The notes below the pieces were generated by a model. That model made no database searches and was not told where the DNA came from. It saw only the letters and a list, made by a program, of their open reading frames with translations. Positions 1 through 13,624 of a DNA stretch of 64,000 nucleotides are shown piece by piece (within the stretch, counting starts at the first letter, position 1; each line of letters begins with the position of its first letter). This stretch comes from Podarcis vaucheri (Eukaryota). Location of the stretch: the NCBI GenBank assembly GCA_965113315.1, contig OZ220371.1. One strand, 5' to 3'. The translations under genes were made by a program, and so were the position numbers.

Positions 1-21
1 CCATTTGATTAGGAATATGTA

Positions 22-263
22 CAGTGGTACCTCGGGTTACAGATGCTTCAGGTTACATATGCTTCAGGTTACAGACTCCACTAACCCAGAAATAGTACCT
101 CAGGTTAAGAACTTTGCTTTAGGATGAGAACAGAAATCACGTGGCAGCGGCAGCGTGGCAGTGGGAGGCCCCATTAGCTAAAGTGGTACCTCAGGATAAG
201 AAAAGTTTCAGGTTAAGAACGGACCTCCAGAATGAATTAAGTTCTTAACCTGAGGTACCACTG
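22..263. mobile_element. ~240-bp Tc1/mariner (pogo/Tigger-like) MITE
   Basis: TIRs CAGTGGTACCTC / GAGGTACCACTG, flanked by TA on both sides (20-21, 264-265). Internal GGTTACA/GGTTAAG subterminal repeats. Four more related copies in the window. Confidence 0.9.
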
Positions 264-273
264 TAATTGTAAA

Positions 274-290
274 CACACACACACACACAC
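274..290. repeat. (CA)n microsatellite
   Basis: Directly visible. Confidence 0.9.
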
Positions 291-480
291 TACAGAAAGC
301 AAAAAAAGGGGTCCCCCTTCAACTGAAGGTATATATTGATCACAACCTCTTTTTTTAGAACTGCCACTTCAATCTTATTTACTTACAAAGGTTTATCAAA
401 ATATTCTCGGTCTTTCCATAATAAGGAAACAGCAAAGATGTTATAGAAAACTATTCATTTGGAACCTAGAACAAAGGGGG

Positions 481-797
481 CAGTGGCATAACAAGGGTTG
501 GCAGTGGCGTACCATGGGTTGCCAGTGCCTGGGGCTGCATGAGAGTGAGGGAAACAGATGGAGTACACATGCACATTCAACTGCCTAAGGGTGTCCATGT
601 CACCCAGGGCATCGCAGCCACAGAGAGACGGCTGGAGAGGTTACTACCTGGTTTGCATGGAGAAGCAATTTTCAACAGAGCCCAGCAATGGAAGCAGGCA
701 GCTGTATTGAGGCAGTGCCGGGTGTTGAAATTTTGCACCCCCTAACAATTTTGCGTCCAGGGCAACCACCCCTGTGCCCCCACATACTCCGCCACTG
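481..797. mobile_element. Degenerate non-autonomous DNA transposon (hAT-like)
   Basis: CAGTGGC(G/A) at 481 and 502, CGCCACTG ending at 797, GC-richer than the flanks. No clean TSD. Confidence 0.35.
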
Positions 798-3700
798 CAA
801 ATGAGACATTTATTTTCAAGAGAAAACATTCCAATTATATCTGTTATATTTCTTTATTTTATCTGAGGACAGAAACATAGCTCTTTGATTATGAACAATG
901 AGTCCAACAATTTAAGTAAAGCTTCTGTATATTAAGTCTCCTGTATACTAGATTTGACACAATACTTTCAAAGGACTTACAAATGGCAGACTTTTCTGAA
1001 CCCATCTTCCCAATGTTGGCCAGATATCTAACCCTGAAGCTATTCTTTTAAAGGTGAAATCCAGAACTCATTTACTCCTGAGCAATTTCATTAACTTAAC
1101 TGAGTTATTTTTGAAATAAATGGATCATACATTGCAGCCATATTACCTTATTAAATTCAAATTGGTCCCATGTTAGTGAGCATACATTTCAAGATGGAGG
1201 TGCAGCCAACAAAAAATTTAGTTGCCACGTCTTTTTTTCATCTAAAGAGGCAATGATTGTGTGGTACATGTTATTAACGATTTTCATATAGTTTTGGTAG
1301 ACTGCACTCTAATAAGAGAAAATAAAAAATCCTCCCAAACCTCCTTGATTTTAATGGCTGTTTCAATAGTATTCACCCTGAGGGCTACTGGAATGTTTCC
1401 TGTATCTTCAAGTTGTGGGCCATTTGGCCATGTTTAATAAGCTGGTGTGTACAGTAACTTGCTTTGCCCACTGGCACCGTGACAACTTATTCATTTTGAA
1501 TTGAAATGTATCCATGCCTGCTGCCATAAAACAAATTGTGTTTGAGAGAACAGTGCAACGATCCAAATCACTTGGACCTTATTCAGACAGTTGCTGAGTG
1601 GATCAGGCTGCAGGTACACATTTTCTAGGTCTGAAAACCATGTTGCCTAATTACAGTAGAATAATTCTGTGCCATGTGTTTATGTATTGTAATCAAATTA
1701 CATGATGCCATGATTTAGTGAGGAAGCAAAATCCAATAACCCTGCAATGTCAGTGTGAGGAACCCGTTCAGAGATCTATTTACCCAACAATTAGTTATTC
1801 AAAAGCTCTTGGATTTTGTTCAGGGCATATTCTCTGATGTTTATTTATTTATGGCACTTGACACAGCAGTGTTTGAATGCCAGGTGAAAATTAGTGAGGC
1901 ATTCTTCACAATCAGTGATGTTGTGAGAAGGGAAGTAACACTCAAGACTACTGTGAAGAACAGGCTAATGTGGACAATTAACAGTTAAGTGCTTTGACCA
2001 GTGCAATGCAAGTGGATCTAGGAATTCTTCTGCTAACTCGCACTTCTGTGACCTTGAACTTGATTTCAGGAATCTAGTAGGCTACATCCTTGCTTTTCTA
2101 TTTGCACAGTGGATAGGTTTTTTGTGGCGGTTTTTAAAACTTTTATCAAAGAGCTCCCTTGATAAAAATGTGTCCTAAAGAGAAGGAATGCAAGCATCCA
2201 TATTAGATCATTCTTGTTTTTACTTTGCAACTGCTAAGACTGATTCACCACTATTGTGGAGAAACAGACAAGTATTTGCACTACATTTCAAAGTACATCA
2301 AACAACAAATTGCTCATGTGTGTATATAACAGGCTTTACCAACTTGGTGCTCTCAACCATGCTGGCTGGGGCTGATGAGAGCTGTAGTCCCAAGTTCCAA
2401 GCAGCCATCAATTTGGGGAAAGCTGTACTGAGATACCACATCGTTTAAATGTTCAATGCATAATCCCTTACCTACAGCTAATCACAATGTTATTAATGCT
2501 GCTTGGGTTTTAATGCATAGAGTATGAAACCTTCAGTGTGCCAAGTATTTTACAACTTTATCATGTTCGGTGTCACAACAACCCAGATATGTAGGTTACA
2601 ACCCCAAATCTGCTCCCAAAGCAGATTTGGAGGGATCATGGGGAGAAAGGAAGGGGAGTGTTCTGCTGTACTCATGGAAGTTGTTTCACTCATGCAATCA
2701 TTTAGTTGGATGCAACCCTATGTTGCATGTATTATTTGCCCCTATTCACAGGAAAAATTCAACTAGTGGTACCCAACTGCTTCTAGATAAGGAAATGTTT
2801 CCTGAATAGATATGTTCAATATTTGCAACTGGTTGCAATACAGCAACCATGACTAATTTTTCATATTATGAGGCTCTTAACATTGATCTGTTAACAAATT
2901 AATTTTCCTATTGTTAGGATTAGAAATACATTTTCCTTCAGTTATGATACTGAATAATGCAAAGTTATTCTCTCCCTGATACAAGATCACAGTTTACTTC
3001 CCGTGTGATTAATTTCAGCCACATGTATTATGAGGTTAGAGTGTCTAGCACAGGAAAATAAACATGGCTTTTACTATTGATTTTAAGGATAGTATGCTGG
3101 TGTCTACATATAAAAGGAGATAAGCACCTGAGCTGTATGAATTATTATGCTAACCTTAAACAGTTGAATAAATCTATTTTAAAAAAACCAAACCAGAGAC
3201 ACAGAGAAATGCCAGAGGAGAAATGCCTACAACGCTACCTGTTTGTGTGTATTTATATATAGTTTTTCAATACATAAAATGTTCATACAGTGTACAGCAA
3301 GATTGCAATGGTTTCACTTTATTTTTTTAAAAAAAATCTAACAACTGTGCATGGCATATTACATACTGCAGCACATGGGGTATATCATATATAAAATAAT
3401 GAACATGAGAGTCAATAACCTTAGCAGACTTGAATGGGTTGAACAATCTAATAGCATTTAACAGGATATTGAGCCAACATGTTCTTCTGTGTAAAGTTTG
3501 CTGACTCTAGAGAGTTTCAGTGAAGAATCAATTGGGCCTTCCTGAAGCTAGTACTATATGGGCTGATTTACGTTATCCTTTGCTAAAGAATGTCTCTAGG
3601 ACACTGTGTGAGCATCTTACGAACATTTTGATTGCACCATAAACATCAAATAAAATACACTGATTTACCTCATTTGCTCTCATTTAGGAAAATGTAGGTC

Positions 3701-6291
3701 TATATCGATGCAGTTAGACAGCAGTTTAATGCCACTAATAATGAAAAGCCAAAATTAAAACAGTAGACAGAAAATGGAAGGTATGGGAAGTCAAATGTGC
3801 AAATGCAACATAAATGAAGGAAAGTTAGCAGATCATTAGAGGTTTTAAATGTCTCCTAGATCTAACTGCATTGAGCTGTTAGATTTCATTGGCCTCCAAG
3901 TTAATGTGAAATCTCTTTTATGTATAGCCATCTCAAAGCCAATCTACATAGTTGGTGATCAATTAAGACACACTAGCCTTAGACGAGTATTAGATCCAGC
4001 AGGATAGAGATTCAATTATGCAAGCAGACATTCTGATATCCACTGAGAAACATTACTTAGTCTGCACATTTAAAACACTACCTCCAATATACGGTAGGTA
4101 AATCCAACTGTCGCCTATATGGAACAAAGTTCCTGGCACAGACAGACAGGCCACTGTATCCCACCAAGGCAGAATTGGACACCACGAGTCAGAGGATGCT
4201 TTTTATTTCTACAGTACCATCCAGGCAGCACTAATGTTTGGGCTACTGTCCTACATCCTTTTTAAGAATACAAGGATGAATAAACAGAAATGCCAATAGC
4301 TTGAATAAGGTGTACCTATCAGCCCATCTCCAAAAACCTGCAGAGCCTTGCTACCCTGCCAGTTTGTGGCAAAGAAGCAGAAACTTGGTTCCCAGACAGT
4401 GTTTTCTGCTGAGCACTTAGTTTGGCCCTGGAATTGTTCTTTGACATGACATGCCAACATCAACAAAAGAATATGCCTAAAAAACAAATCATTTTCTTTG
4501 ATTCTAAGCCATTCAAATAAAAAACCCATAAGACTGTTTTTGTGTATTCCATTCTGTACAACCATACAGTAGCCTGTATAATTCTTTCAAGAGACCTGCC
4601 TGTCAGCAAAGAGGTCAACTTATTTCCTATTTTTGTTTGTAGAAGCAGAATGGTTATAAATGGCATTTCTCAGCTCCCTCCCTAGCAGTAGTCTTCTCCC
4701 TCGTTGTGCATAATATTATCAAGTCCATAAAGTGTAAAAAAAGGGGGGAAGCATATTCTTTTACGAATATCATTATTTCATTAAGAATTAGTGCTTTCAG
4801 TAAGAATTAGTGATCTATTTCTTCTCTATCTTATTTCAAGGCTTTGATGTTTGAGCTTAAATGGAGTGCACTTTCATCTTGACAGTTAGTAAAATAAAGA
4901 TTTCAAACATTTTAAAATTCTGAAGTAATTTTTCTAAATTGGGCATTCATTTTTTTGTGATCACATCAAGCATACACTTATTCTTTTCCCACAGTACCAT
5001 TCCATACTTTCAAATGCACACAGTGGAACAAGGCATCATGGGAAACACAAGAGTGCTGCCAGGAAGGGCTGGCTGTGTCAAAGTCTTGTTCATCTAACAT
5101 GTCAGGACATAGTTCATTTTCTCACCTGCATGCCACATCATGGTTTATCCTGGTGAAGAGAAAGAAATCCATGGCATCAGGATGTCACAAGAAATGCACA
5201 TCATGATGTCATCATAATCCAATGCTTCTATCTTTTATGGATAATTGGTACTGCACACTGAGCTGTTTCCCCCAAAATAAATAACTAAAGTGCCCTATCC
5301 CAATTCATATTTTGGTACCCTACCGCACAGTGAATATTAATGTCATCATGAGCATGACAGGTTCTGGGTGCCTCCTCTTTCTGCAGTTTCTTGAACCATC
5401 ACCTTCATCTAAACTGGTAACAGAAGAGATGCTGGATAAGGCTTTCCACCTTCATGCATTGTTTACTACCATGGCAGCATGCCAGGTAGCTGGTCATTTG
5501 GACATGTAGTTTTCCAAGGCATGCTATGGACAACTACCCCCCTGTAAGCTATACGTTGTTGTGAACGTATTCTAGCTGCAAGTAGCCCTGAGATGCCTAC
5601 TTTTCAGACCATTTGCATCTACACTAATTACACTTCCCATGTTCCTTGGTATCTGAAACACAACAATTGCATCATTGCAAGATGCTAGGGGTGCAGAATA
5701 ATTTTGGGGATTGTTATTGAATTGTAATTACACTGTTTGTTATTGGGATTGCTCCCAGTGAACACAACACAAATTATCATCTATCGAAGCCTTTAGGTGA
5801 CCTCTACTTCACACCATAATTCTGTCTTGTCTAATTCTCTTTTTAGCTAACTTGTCATAGGTCTGAGAAGTAGAATTTGCCCCAGTACTTTCTCTTTAGG
5901 CTATTAAAACCTTGTTACTCATGAGATTCAATGCATTTTATTTTGTTGAATCAGCATCTTGGAAGCTTGTCTTTGTGGGAGGAATTTAGTTCTTGCCAAG
6001 GGATCTTTGTCTATATTGTATATGGAATCTGCTCATGTGAGTAATGAAATCACCCACTGGCAATTCTCAGCAAGCTGTAGGATCCAGTGCTCCCATTGCA
6101 CTGACTGATTTCCAAATAGTTCAGCCATTGTAGGAGCAGTGTCTTTCAAAATCATATAAAAAAAGATTGACAGCATTAATAATTGTCGTCGAATAGTGCA
6201 GGCATCCATTGATTCTTGGAATGTTAGCCTGAGGATTCCCAGTTTGACTAGGCTAGTGTCAGGTTTTATTTTTTTTGAAAGGGCAGCACTA

Positions 6292-6375
6292 TGATAGATA
6301 GATATAGATGATAGATAGATAGATAGATAGATGATAGATAGATAGATAGATGGATAGATAGATAGATAGACAGAC
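6292..6375. repeat. (GATA)n tetranucleotide microsatellite
   Basis: Directly visible. Confidence 0.95.
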
Positions 6376-6530
6376 AACACATTTTATCTGAACATAAAAA
6401 CATCCTTGGGCTTTATTTTCATACATCGTGCGTATGGTGTATGAAATATTTCATGAGTGGCATTTATTATCCATATTTATTTAATTGATATATATGTTGT
6501 TTTATATATACAGTGGTACCTCGGGTTACA

Positions 6531-8538
6531 GTCGGTGGCAGAAAACTCACTCCGAATCTGACCGGACACAGGTTAGAGCTCAACGTCGAGCCTACCAAGT
6601 GGCGATAGTGACGGCGAAGAAGACTCTTCACTGCCTCTATTGCATCTGCAGAAAATAGTAGCAGGAGACTCTTTCAGGTGGTTCACAATTTAACGGAACC
6701 ACCTTTACCACCGGGGCCATGTAAAGACCCCAAGATCTCCTGCAACAATTTTGCAAAGTTTTTTGCAGATAAAATCACTCATATTCGGAAGGAGCTAGAC
6801 ACCACCGTGGGAGCAGGGCTGGGGGGGGGGAGTGCTAGAGCTCCGTCTGGTCAAGTTGTATGGAATCACTTTCAATCCGTTATGCCCGAGGATGTGGACA
6901 GGCTGCTTGGACGCGTGAAACCAACCACCTGTCTCCTTGATCCTTGCCCATCCTGGCTAATAAAAGCAAGCTGGGAAGGGCTGGGCGATGGGCTCTGCGG
7001 GGTGGTGAATGCTTCCCTCTGTGAGGGAACATTCCCAGATCTGCTGAAAGAGGCGTCATTAAACCACTTCTTTAAAAACCATTTTTAGACCCAGCCAGTA
7101 TGGCCAACTATTGCCCAGTCTCAAATCTTGGGCAAGGTGATTGAGCGTGTGGTTGCTGAACAACTCCAGGTACGCCTGGAGGATGCGGACCATTTGGATC
7201 CCTTCCAATCGGGATTCAGGCCTCATCATGGGACTGAAACTGCCTTGATCGCGCTGGTTGATGATCTCCGGCAAGCTAGGGACAAAGGTGAGAGCTGTTT
7301 CCTAGTTCTGCTGGATCTCTCAGCGGCCTTTGATACAATCGACCATAACATCCTTCTAGACCGTCTAGAGGGGCTGGGAGCTGGGGGCATTGTTATACAG
7401 TGGTTTCGCTCCTTCCTCCTGGGCCGTGTTCAGAAAGTGGTGGTGGAGGATGAGTGTTCAGACCCCTGGGCCCTCACTTGTGGGGTGCCTCAGGGTTCCG
7501 TCCTCTCCCCCATGCTTTTTAACATCTATATGAAGCCGCTGGGAGAGATCATCAGGGAGTTTGGACTGGGTGTCCATCAATATGCAGATGAGACCCAGCT
7601 CTACCTCTCTTTCAAATCAGAACCAGTGAAGGCGGTGAAGGTCCCGTGTGAGTGCCTGGAGGCAGTTGGAGGATGGATGGCGGCTAATGGATTGAAGTTG
7701 AATCCTGACAAGACAGAAGTACTGTTTTTGGTGGCAGTGGGCGGGCTGGTGTGGAGGACTCCCTGGTCTTGAATAGGGTAACTGTGCCCCTGAAGGACCA
7801 GGTGCGCAGCCTGGGAGTCATTTTGGACTCACAGCTGTCCATGGAGGCGCAGGTCAATTCTGTATCCAGGGCAGCTGGCTACCAACTCCACCTGGTACGC
7901 AGGCTGAGACCCTACCTGCCCGTGGACTGTCTCACCAGAGTGGTGCATGCTCTAGTTATCTCCCGCTTGGACTACTGCAATGCGCTCTACGTGGGGCTAC
8001 CTTTGAAGGTGACTCGGAAAATACAGCTAATCCAGAACGCGGCAGCTAGACTGGTGACTGGGGGGCGGCTGCCGAGACAACATAACACCAGTCTTGAAAG
8101 ACCTACATTGGCTCCCAGTACGTTTCCGAGCACAATTCAAAGTGTTGGTGTTGACCTTTAAAGCCCTAAATGGCCTCGGCCCAGTATACCTGAAGGAGCG
8201 TCTTCACCCCCATCGTTCTGCCCGGACGCTGAGGTCCAGCGCCGAGGGCCTTCTGGCGGTTCCCTCATTGCGAGAAGCAAAGTTACAGGGAACCAGGCAG
8301 AGGGCCTTCTCGGTAGTGGCACCCGCCCTGTGGAACGCCCTCCCATCAGATGTCAAAGCGATAAATAACTACCTGGCATTCAGAAGACATCTTAAGGCAG
8401 CCCTGTTCAGGAAAGTTTTTAATCTGTGATATTTTAGTGTATTTTTGGTTTCTATGGAAGCTGCCCAGAGTGGCTGGGGAAACGCAGCCAGATGGGCGGG
8501 GTACAAATAAATTATTATTATTATTATTATTATTATTA
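6531..8538 (+). mobile_element. 5'-truncated L2-clade LINE (ORF2 reverse transcriptase, frameshifted)
   Basis: ORFs 6678-7088, 7128-7772, 7751-8161 and 8094-8429 join into an L2-type RT: [45 protein letters not shown] (catalytic YADD changed to YADE), SRLDYCN, LHWLPV. 3' UTR with (ATT)n tail. Possible TACA TSD. Confidence 0.92.
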
Positions 8539-8546
8539 TACATACA

Positions 8547-8983
8547 TGTCAGGGAACTGCCATCGGAGCCAGAGGGAGAGGGAGGGCTCCAGAGGGATTC
8601 TGGAGAGCGTCCCGGGAGGGAGAGGAGCAGCACATCTTCTGGGGAAGGAAATCAGCGTAACACCAGTGGAGAAGAGGGGCAGATGGGGGAATCGGCGAGG
8701 TGGCTCCAAGACGCTTCGCCGGGAACCAGTGGGGAGAGCACAGGTCCTCTGATGCCCACACCCTCCCTGCGCAGAAGGCTTCCGCGCAGGGAGGCTAGGA
8801 GGAGACTAAGCGTCAAAGAGCTTCTTTGCTGGAAGAAGTTCAAGAAACGCCCACTAACGGATTCTGCCAGCGATTGAGACAGCCACGGGCACGTGGCTGT
8901 TCAGATAGAAAGGGTTCATTCAGGCAACCAGCCAGCCAAGAGTGGCGTTGATTTACACACAAGCAACCCCTAGAACCATTACA
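8547..8983. mobile_element. Solo LTR (437 bp), probably Gypsy-like
   Basis: Begins TGTCAGGG and ends CCATTACA (TG...CA, imperfect inverted termini). Flanked by ATACA (8542-8546) and ATACG (8984-8988), a 5-bp TSD with one CpG-type mismatch. Removing it restores the MITE sequence. Confidence 0.75.
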
Positions 8984-11904
8984 ATACGCTTCAGGTTACA
9001 GACTCTGCTAACCCAGAAATAGTGCTTCAGGTTAAGAACTTTGCTTCAGGATAAGACAGAAATCGTGCTTTGATGCCGCGGTGGCAGCAGGAGTCCCCAT
9101 TAGCTAAAGTGGTGCTTCAGGTTAAGAACAGTTTCAGATTAAGAACTGACCTCCGGAATGAATTAAGTACTTAACCCGAGGTATCACTGTATTTATAATA
9201 AGTTCCTAAAGCTCTGACTACACAAGCATTACTTCTGGGATATGGAAACAAAGGCAACAAAGATCCTTAAGAATCTCTGAAAGCAGCTCCAAGTCTGTCT
9301 GCTGAACCCAATCATTCTTTTCAGGGGAGGAGGATGTGGCAAATGCAGTCTCCTCCATATGGGGAAGGAACAAAATCATTGAGGTTTCAGATGAAAAGAC
9401 TTTCACAAGATTGGCGCAGCACAATTTCCTCATGCTGCAGGAACATACTACGGTATTTCATGAACTTATCTTTAAAGATAGATTCCTTAAAGTTAGAATA
9501 GTAGGTAGTTCACCAAAATTCCAATTAATTAGGCAATGAATTAATTGCATGGGGCTATGGGGATCTGGATGAGTCAGAGGTGACTCTTTGCTTACTCGTT
9601 AGCTGTACCAGGCTCCCCTGGCCACAAGCATTCTTTTATGACCACAGATCCCATCCTGAACCTGCCACATGCAGATAGGCAGGGGGCCATTGGTGGTATT
9701 AGTGCCAGTAAGCCTTGAAGATGGTTCTGAAATTTGGTTTTCCAAAGGTAGAGTGGGGACAGGACTGAGATGAGCTACACCATGGTCTGCTGGATCCTGT
9801 GTAACTCAGAGCCTAGATCAGGCACAGGGATTGGGCCTTCCCATCATCCATTGACATGAGCAACCAGGCTGAGGATACCATGGTAGCAACACTGGGAAGT
9901 TAGGATCACTCTGCTATCCAACCACTCACCATAGAGATTCTTCCACTGTACAGCCTGATGAATTTGCATTATTGGGATGAAGCTATAACTGTTTTAAATG
10001 GATGGGTTGCTTTGTTATGGAAAATTCAAAGAAGCACATGTAGCACGACACATTCTAGTTCAGAGTAATTGTCCACAAACAGCAGGAGAAAAGACTGGCT
10101 TGGGTTCTATGGTTAACATTGTGGCAGGGGCAGGGGGAGTGAGGAAGCTTATGAGAATGGATTATTTGTGTTTTCAATGTCTTGAGGCAATTCATTCACT
10201 TTTAAAGTGATGCAGAATGTGTTAGAAGCACCCATGGAGGTAATTTATGTCCACAGTGTGAAACCGAATGCGCCACATACACTCAGATGTTTAACTGAAG
10301 CTTAAGTATTTATTGGGTCTGAATTGCTTGTTTCAAAGAGAAGAGAAAGAAGTCTAGAAATAACTAGAAATCTAACAATCCTATGTTCACACCAAATAAA
10401 ATTAGCTGCCGAAGTTCAGCACAAAGATTTATAGGAGTAAGCCTTGAAAGGCTTGACAAAGCATCAATCTGTGGTTGAGCTGAATTTTGGTGCTCTAATA
10501 AATCCAAAAGTAAACCCAGCATTTTGTTCAGGCCACAGAGGGAGCAACAGATAAATTCACTTTTCAAGAGCTAGAGCTAGCTGATATTTGGGAAACCATT
10601 TCACCAAATTTCTCCAGTAAGTGAAATTATCCAACAATTTTTTACTGAAAGGGCTGACCATTATGCATGGAAGCAGCATAGCTCTATTCTTTCCTTTCTT
10701 GATTCTTTTACCTGCTGCTGCAGGTGGCAACCAAAGGAACTTTATTTCTTCTACAATACCTTTGACCTAGCATTGTTTTGGAGCATTTTGTGGAGAAGGG
10801 GTTGGCAGCCATGGCAAAAATATGACACGGAATATTAGGAGAAAATTCTGTAAAAAGACCCAAACCTGACTCTCTCTTTTTTTTGAAGAGTGATCAGACA
10901 CCGTCATACAGGTTTGCCAATCATACAGAGCCACTGCACACCAACTGGAACTTACACAGTAGGCTTTCTGTTCAAAGAATCATTCACAATGTGCAGGGGC
11001 TAAAAGTGTGGTCCCTCTCCAGGAAGACCTGGTAGCATCCTACATGTGAGAAGTCAGTGACTAGTGCTTTTGCCTGAAGAATAATTTTAGAGCACCTAAC
11101 TATGGGGCTGGAATGTAACATAGGAATGTGCATTTTTTTGTAAAAGCATGGCACAAATTACATAAAGCAAAAATTTTAAAACTGGAAATACAAGCTATTG
11201 GGGACTATTGGGGACCTTTAAAGAGAAGCAAAAATTGCCAAATAATAAATGAGAAAAGCAGATGTGATTGGCATCTGCCGAAGTTATCGGCAGTAATAAA
11301 TGTTGATTTAAATATTCAACGTACAAACTCTCTCCACCCCATTCCCATGTTTTTCATTGTCCTCTAAGAGATATAAAATATAAAATAAAATTAGCTAATA
11401 TATCTATGTGATTTTGTGTTAGATATAGATAGAAAGAAGGACAGATGCTTACATAAAATAAGCTGTATGGACATGGTAACAAAACAATTAAGGGCTCATA
11501 GAAACTTCTTTTAGGAAAGGTTAAGCATTTTTTTTTTCCTGAAACGCTTGGTAATTCTTAGAAAGTCTTCTATTTCCTACAGTGAATAATAGACAGTCTT
11601 ACCAGTTGGCACCTGAACTCACTTCCTAGCAGAATAATGCTGGCTATAGCTTTCTGTCAAAAGCTAATCATCTTTCAGGTGCTGCCTTTGTTCATATACT
11701 TCTAGTGCTGAGAATGGCAGGGAAACAATAAGGCCAGCAGGAAAAGGCTAGGAAATAGGAAAGGAATTCCAGCAGCGCAGTGGGTTGAGTGTGTGCTCCA
11801 ATTCAGTGTTAAACATAGGGTTTTCCTATGTTTCCTTTCCATTTTACTTGTGGAAAGGGACAGAGCAATAAGTATGGATGAGGCCTAAGTTCATCTCCCT
11901 GAGT

Positions 11905-12292
11905 AGGTAAAGGTAAAGGTAAAGGACCCCTGGATGGTGAAATCCAGTCAAAGGTGACTATGGGGTTGCGGTGCTCATCTCGCTTTCAGGCTGAGGGAGC
12001 CGGTGTTTGTCCACAGACAGCTTTCCGGGTCATGTGGCCAGCATGACTAAACTGCTTCTGGTGCAATGGGACACTGTGACAGAAACCAGAGCGCACAGAA
12101 ATGCCATTTACCTTCCAGCTGGAGCAGTACCTATTTATCTACTTGCACTGGCCTGCTTTCGAACTGCTAGGTTGGCAGGAGCTGGGACAGAGCAATGAGA
12201 GCTCACCCCGTTGTGGGGATTCGAACTGCCGACCTCCGGATCGGCAAGCCCAAGAGGCTCAGTGGTTTAGACCACAGCACCACCCATGTCCC
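11905..12292 (-). mobile_element. Sauria SINE (Squam1)
   Basis: (AGGTAA)n tail on the plus strand, tRNA-like head with GATTCGAACT B-box region, degenerate TSD ATCTCCCTGAGTA / ATCTCCTCGACTA. Confidence 0.9.
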
Positions 12293-12789
12293 TATCTCCT
12301 CGACTACAGCCATAACTCTTTTACTTAGTTCCGCATACTTTCCTTATATAAGTTTAACAAAAGAAAACTCTTGCAGTTACCATATTGTTTCAAAAATCCA
12401 CATGCCTCCTTGAATTTAGACATAGTCTTTTAGTTTCTGTACTAGTCAATCTGCCAGAGTCTTTATCTGTTTTACTACAGGGGACATACTTATTTCCTGG
12501 TTGTGATTGAATCCAGGGGAACGTAAGTCAGTTCAGAGACGAGGTGGAACAATATTTACATTTTCCTTTTCCTACATGTTCCTTTTTTCACAGAGTTTAA
12601 AAAAAGGACATCCTTTATTTGTAACCTAGGAACCAGGCCTCAATGAAAGGTCTGTGGGATAGAGAATAACTGACAGAACACAGTAGGAGATATTTCCCAG
12701 ATAGTTGTGGAACTAGATGGGTAAATTGGGCTCTGTCAGCACTCAACAAGACAAAAATCCAGGAGAATAAGATGGTAATATTTAAGTCT

Positions 12790-12900
12790 ATTATTTTATT
12801 ATTTATTGAATTTATATACCGCCCTATACCCTAGGGTCTCAGAGCATTTCACAGAATAAAATCAAGATATAAAACCACAAAATACCTAACAAAAACAACA
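12790..12900 (-). mobile_element. L2-type 3' tail remnant
   Basis: TTTATTGAATTTATATACCGCCC...TCACAG, resembling the reverse complement of the tail at about 18340-18405. Confidence 0.5.
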
Positions 12901-13624
12901 ACAACAACTCTAACAGTAGTTAGGCTATCTCTGTCCAGACAGGGGCATAACTGGGCCACCAGCCAAAGCTGATGGAAGGCACTTTTGTCTTTGTTTGGTG
13001 ATGCAGAAGCGACCACCCCAGCATTCACCTGAATAAATTGCAGTAATAAAGTAATCCTCAAGTTTCTTCCTCTTGCCATATTGACTAACCTAGACGATTC
13101 TTAATTGACTATATAATTATAAGACTTTACCTTTTGTGATAATAATATGGTTGATACATTCTCTTGACTGCACCCTGCTACCTCATAGTAGAGGGTGAGT
13201 AATAAATCTAATAGCAAACAACAATGGTAGCAGTCTTTCTTTTAATGCTACCCTGTATTTATATTATTCTTATTCTTACTTATTGAAATTATATACTGCC
13301 CTATACTCGGAGGTTTCAGGTTTATTATTCACATAATAAAATTCTAATGGCTATTATGTATTTGAGTGCATGGTAATTTCTAGCCATATAATGCCTGGCT
13401 GCAGCTTCTTCCCACTCTTTGTGTTTCCACAGAATGCAGTGAATGTTCAATAGTCAAATGCTAAACCTGTGAAGTAGTCCTTGCTATGATCTGATAATGC
13501 TAACACCTAAATGGTTGGCTTCCAGACATTGCTGAGCTCTAGCTCTCATCATCCCGCGTCATTGACTGTGCTGGCTGCGGCTGATGGGAGTCCAACAACA
13601 TCTTGATTCCTACTTTAAGGTTTA

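Larger units (their letters stand above)
6511..9189. mobile_element. Tigger-like MITE split by two nested insertions (MITE parts 6511-6530 and about 8984-9189)
   Basis: Left TIR CAGTGGTACCTCGGGTTACA after TA. The remainder resumes at ATACGCTTCAGGTTACAGACTC, colinear with the intact copy at 22-263, and ends GAGGTATCACTG-TA. Confidence 0.9.

Noticed and set aside
6033-6380. ORFs spanning microsatellites (also 27.3-28.1, 34.6-34.9, 39.7-40.0 and 54.9-55.3 kb)
   Set aside because: These are low-complexity translations of (GATA)n, (TG)n, (CT)n and (TTA)n.
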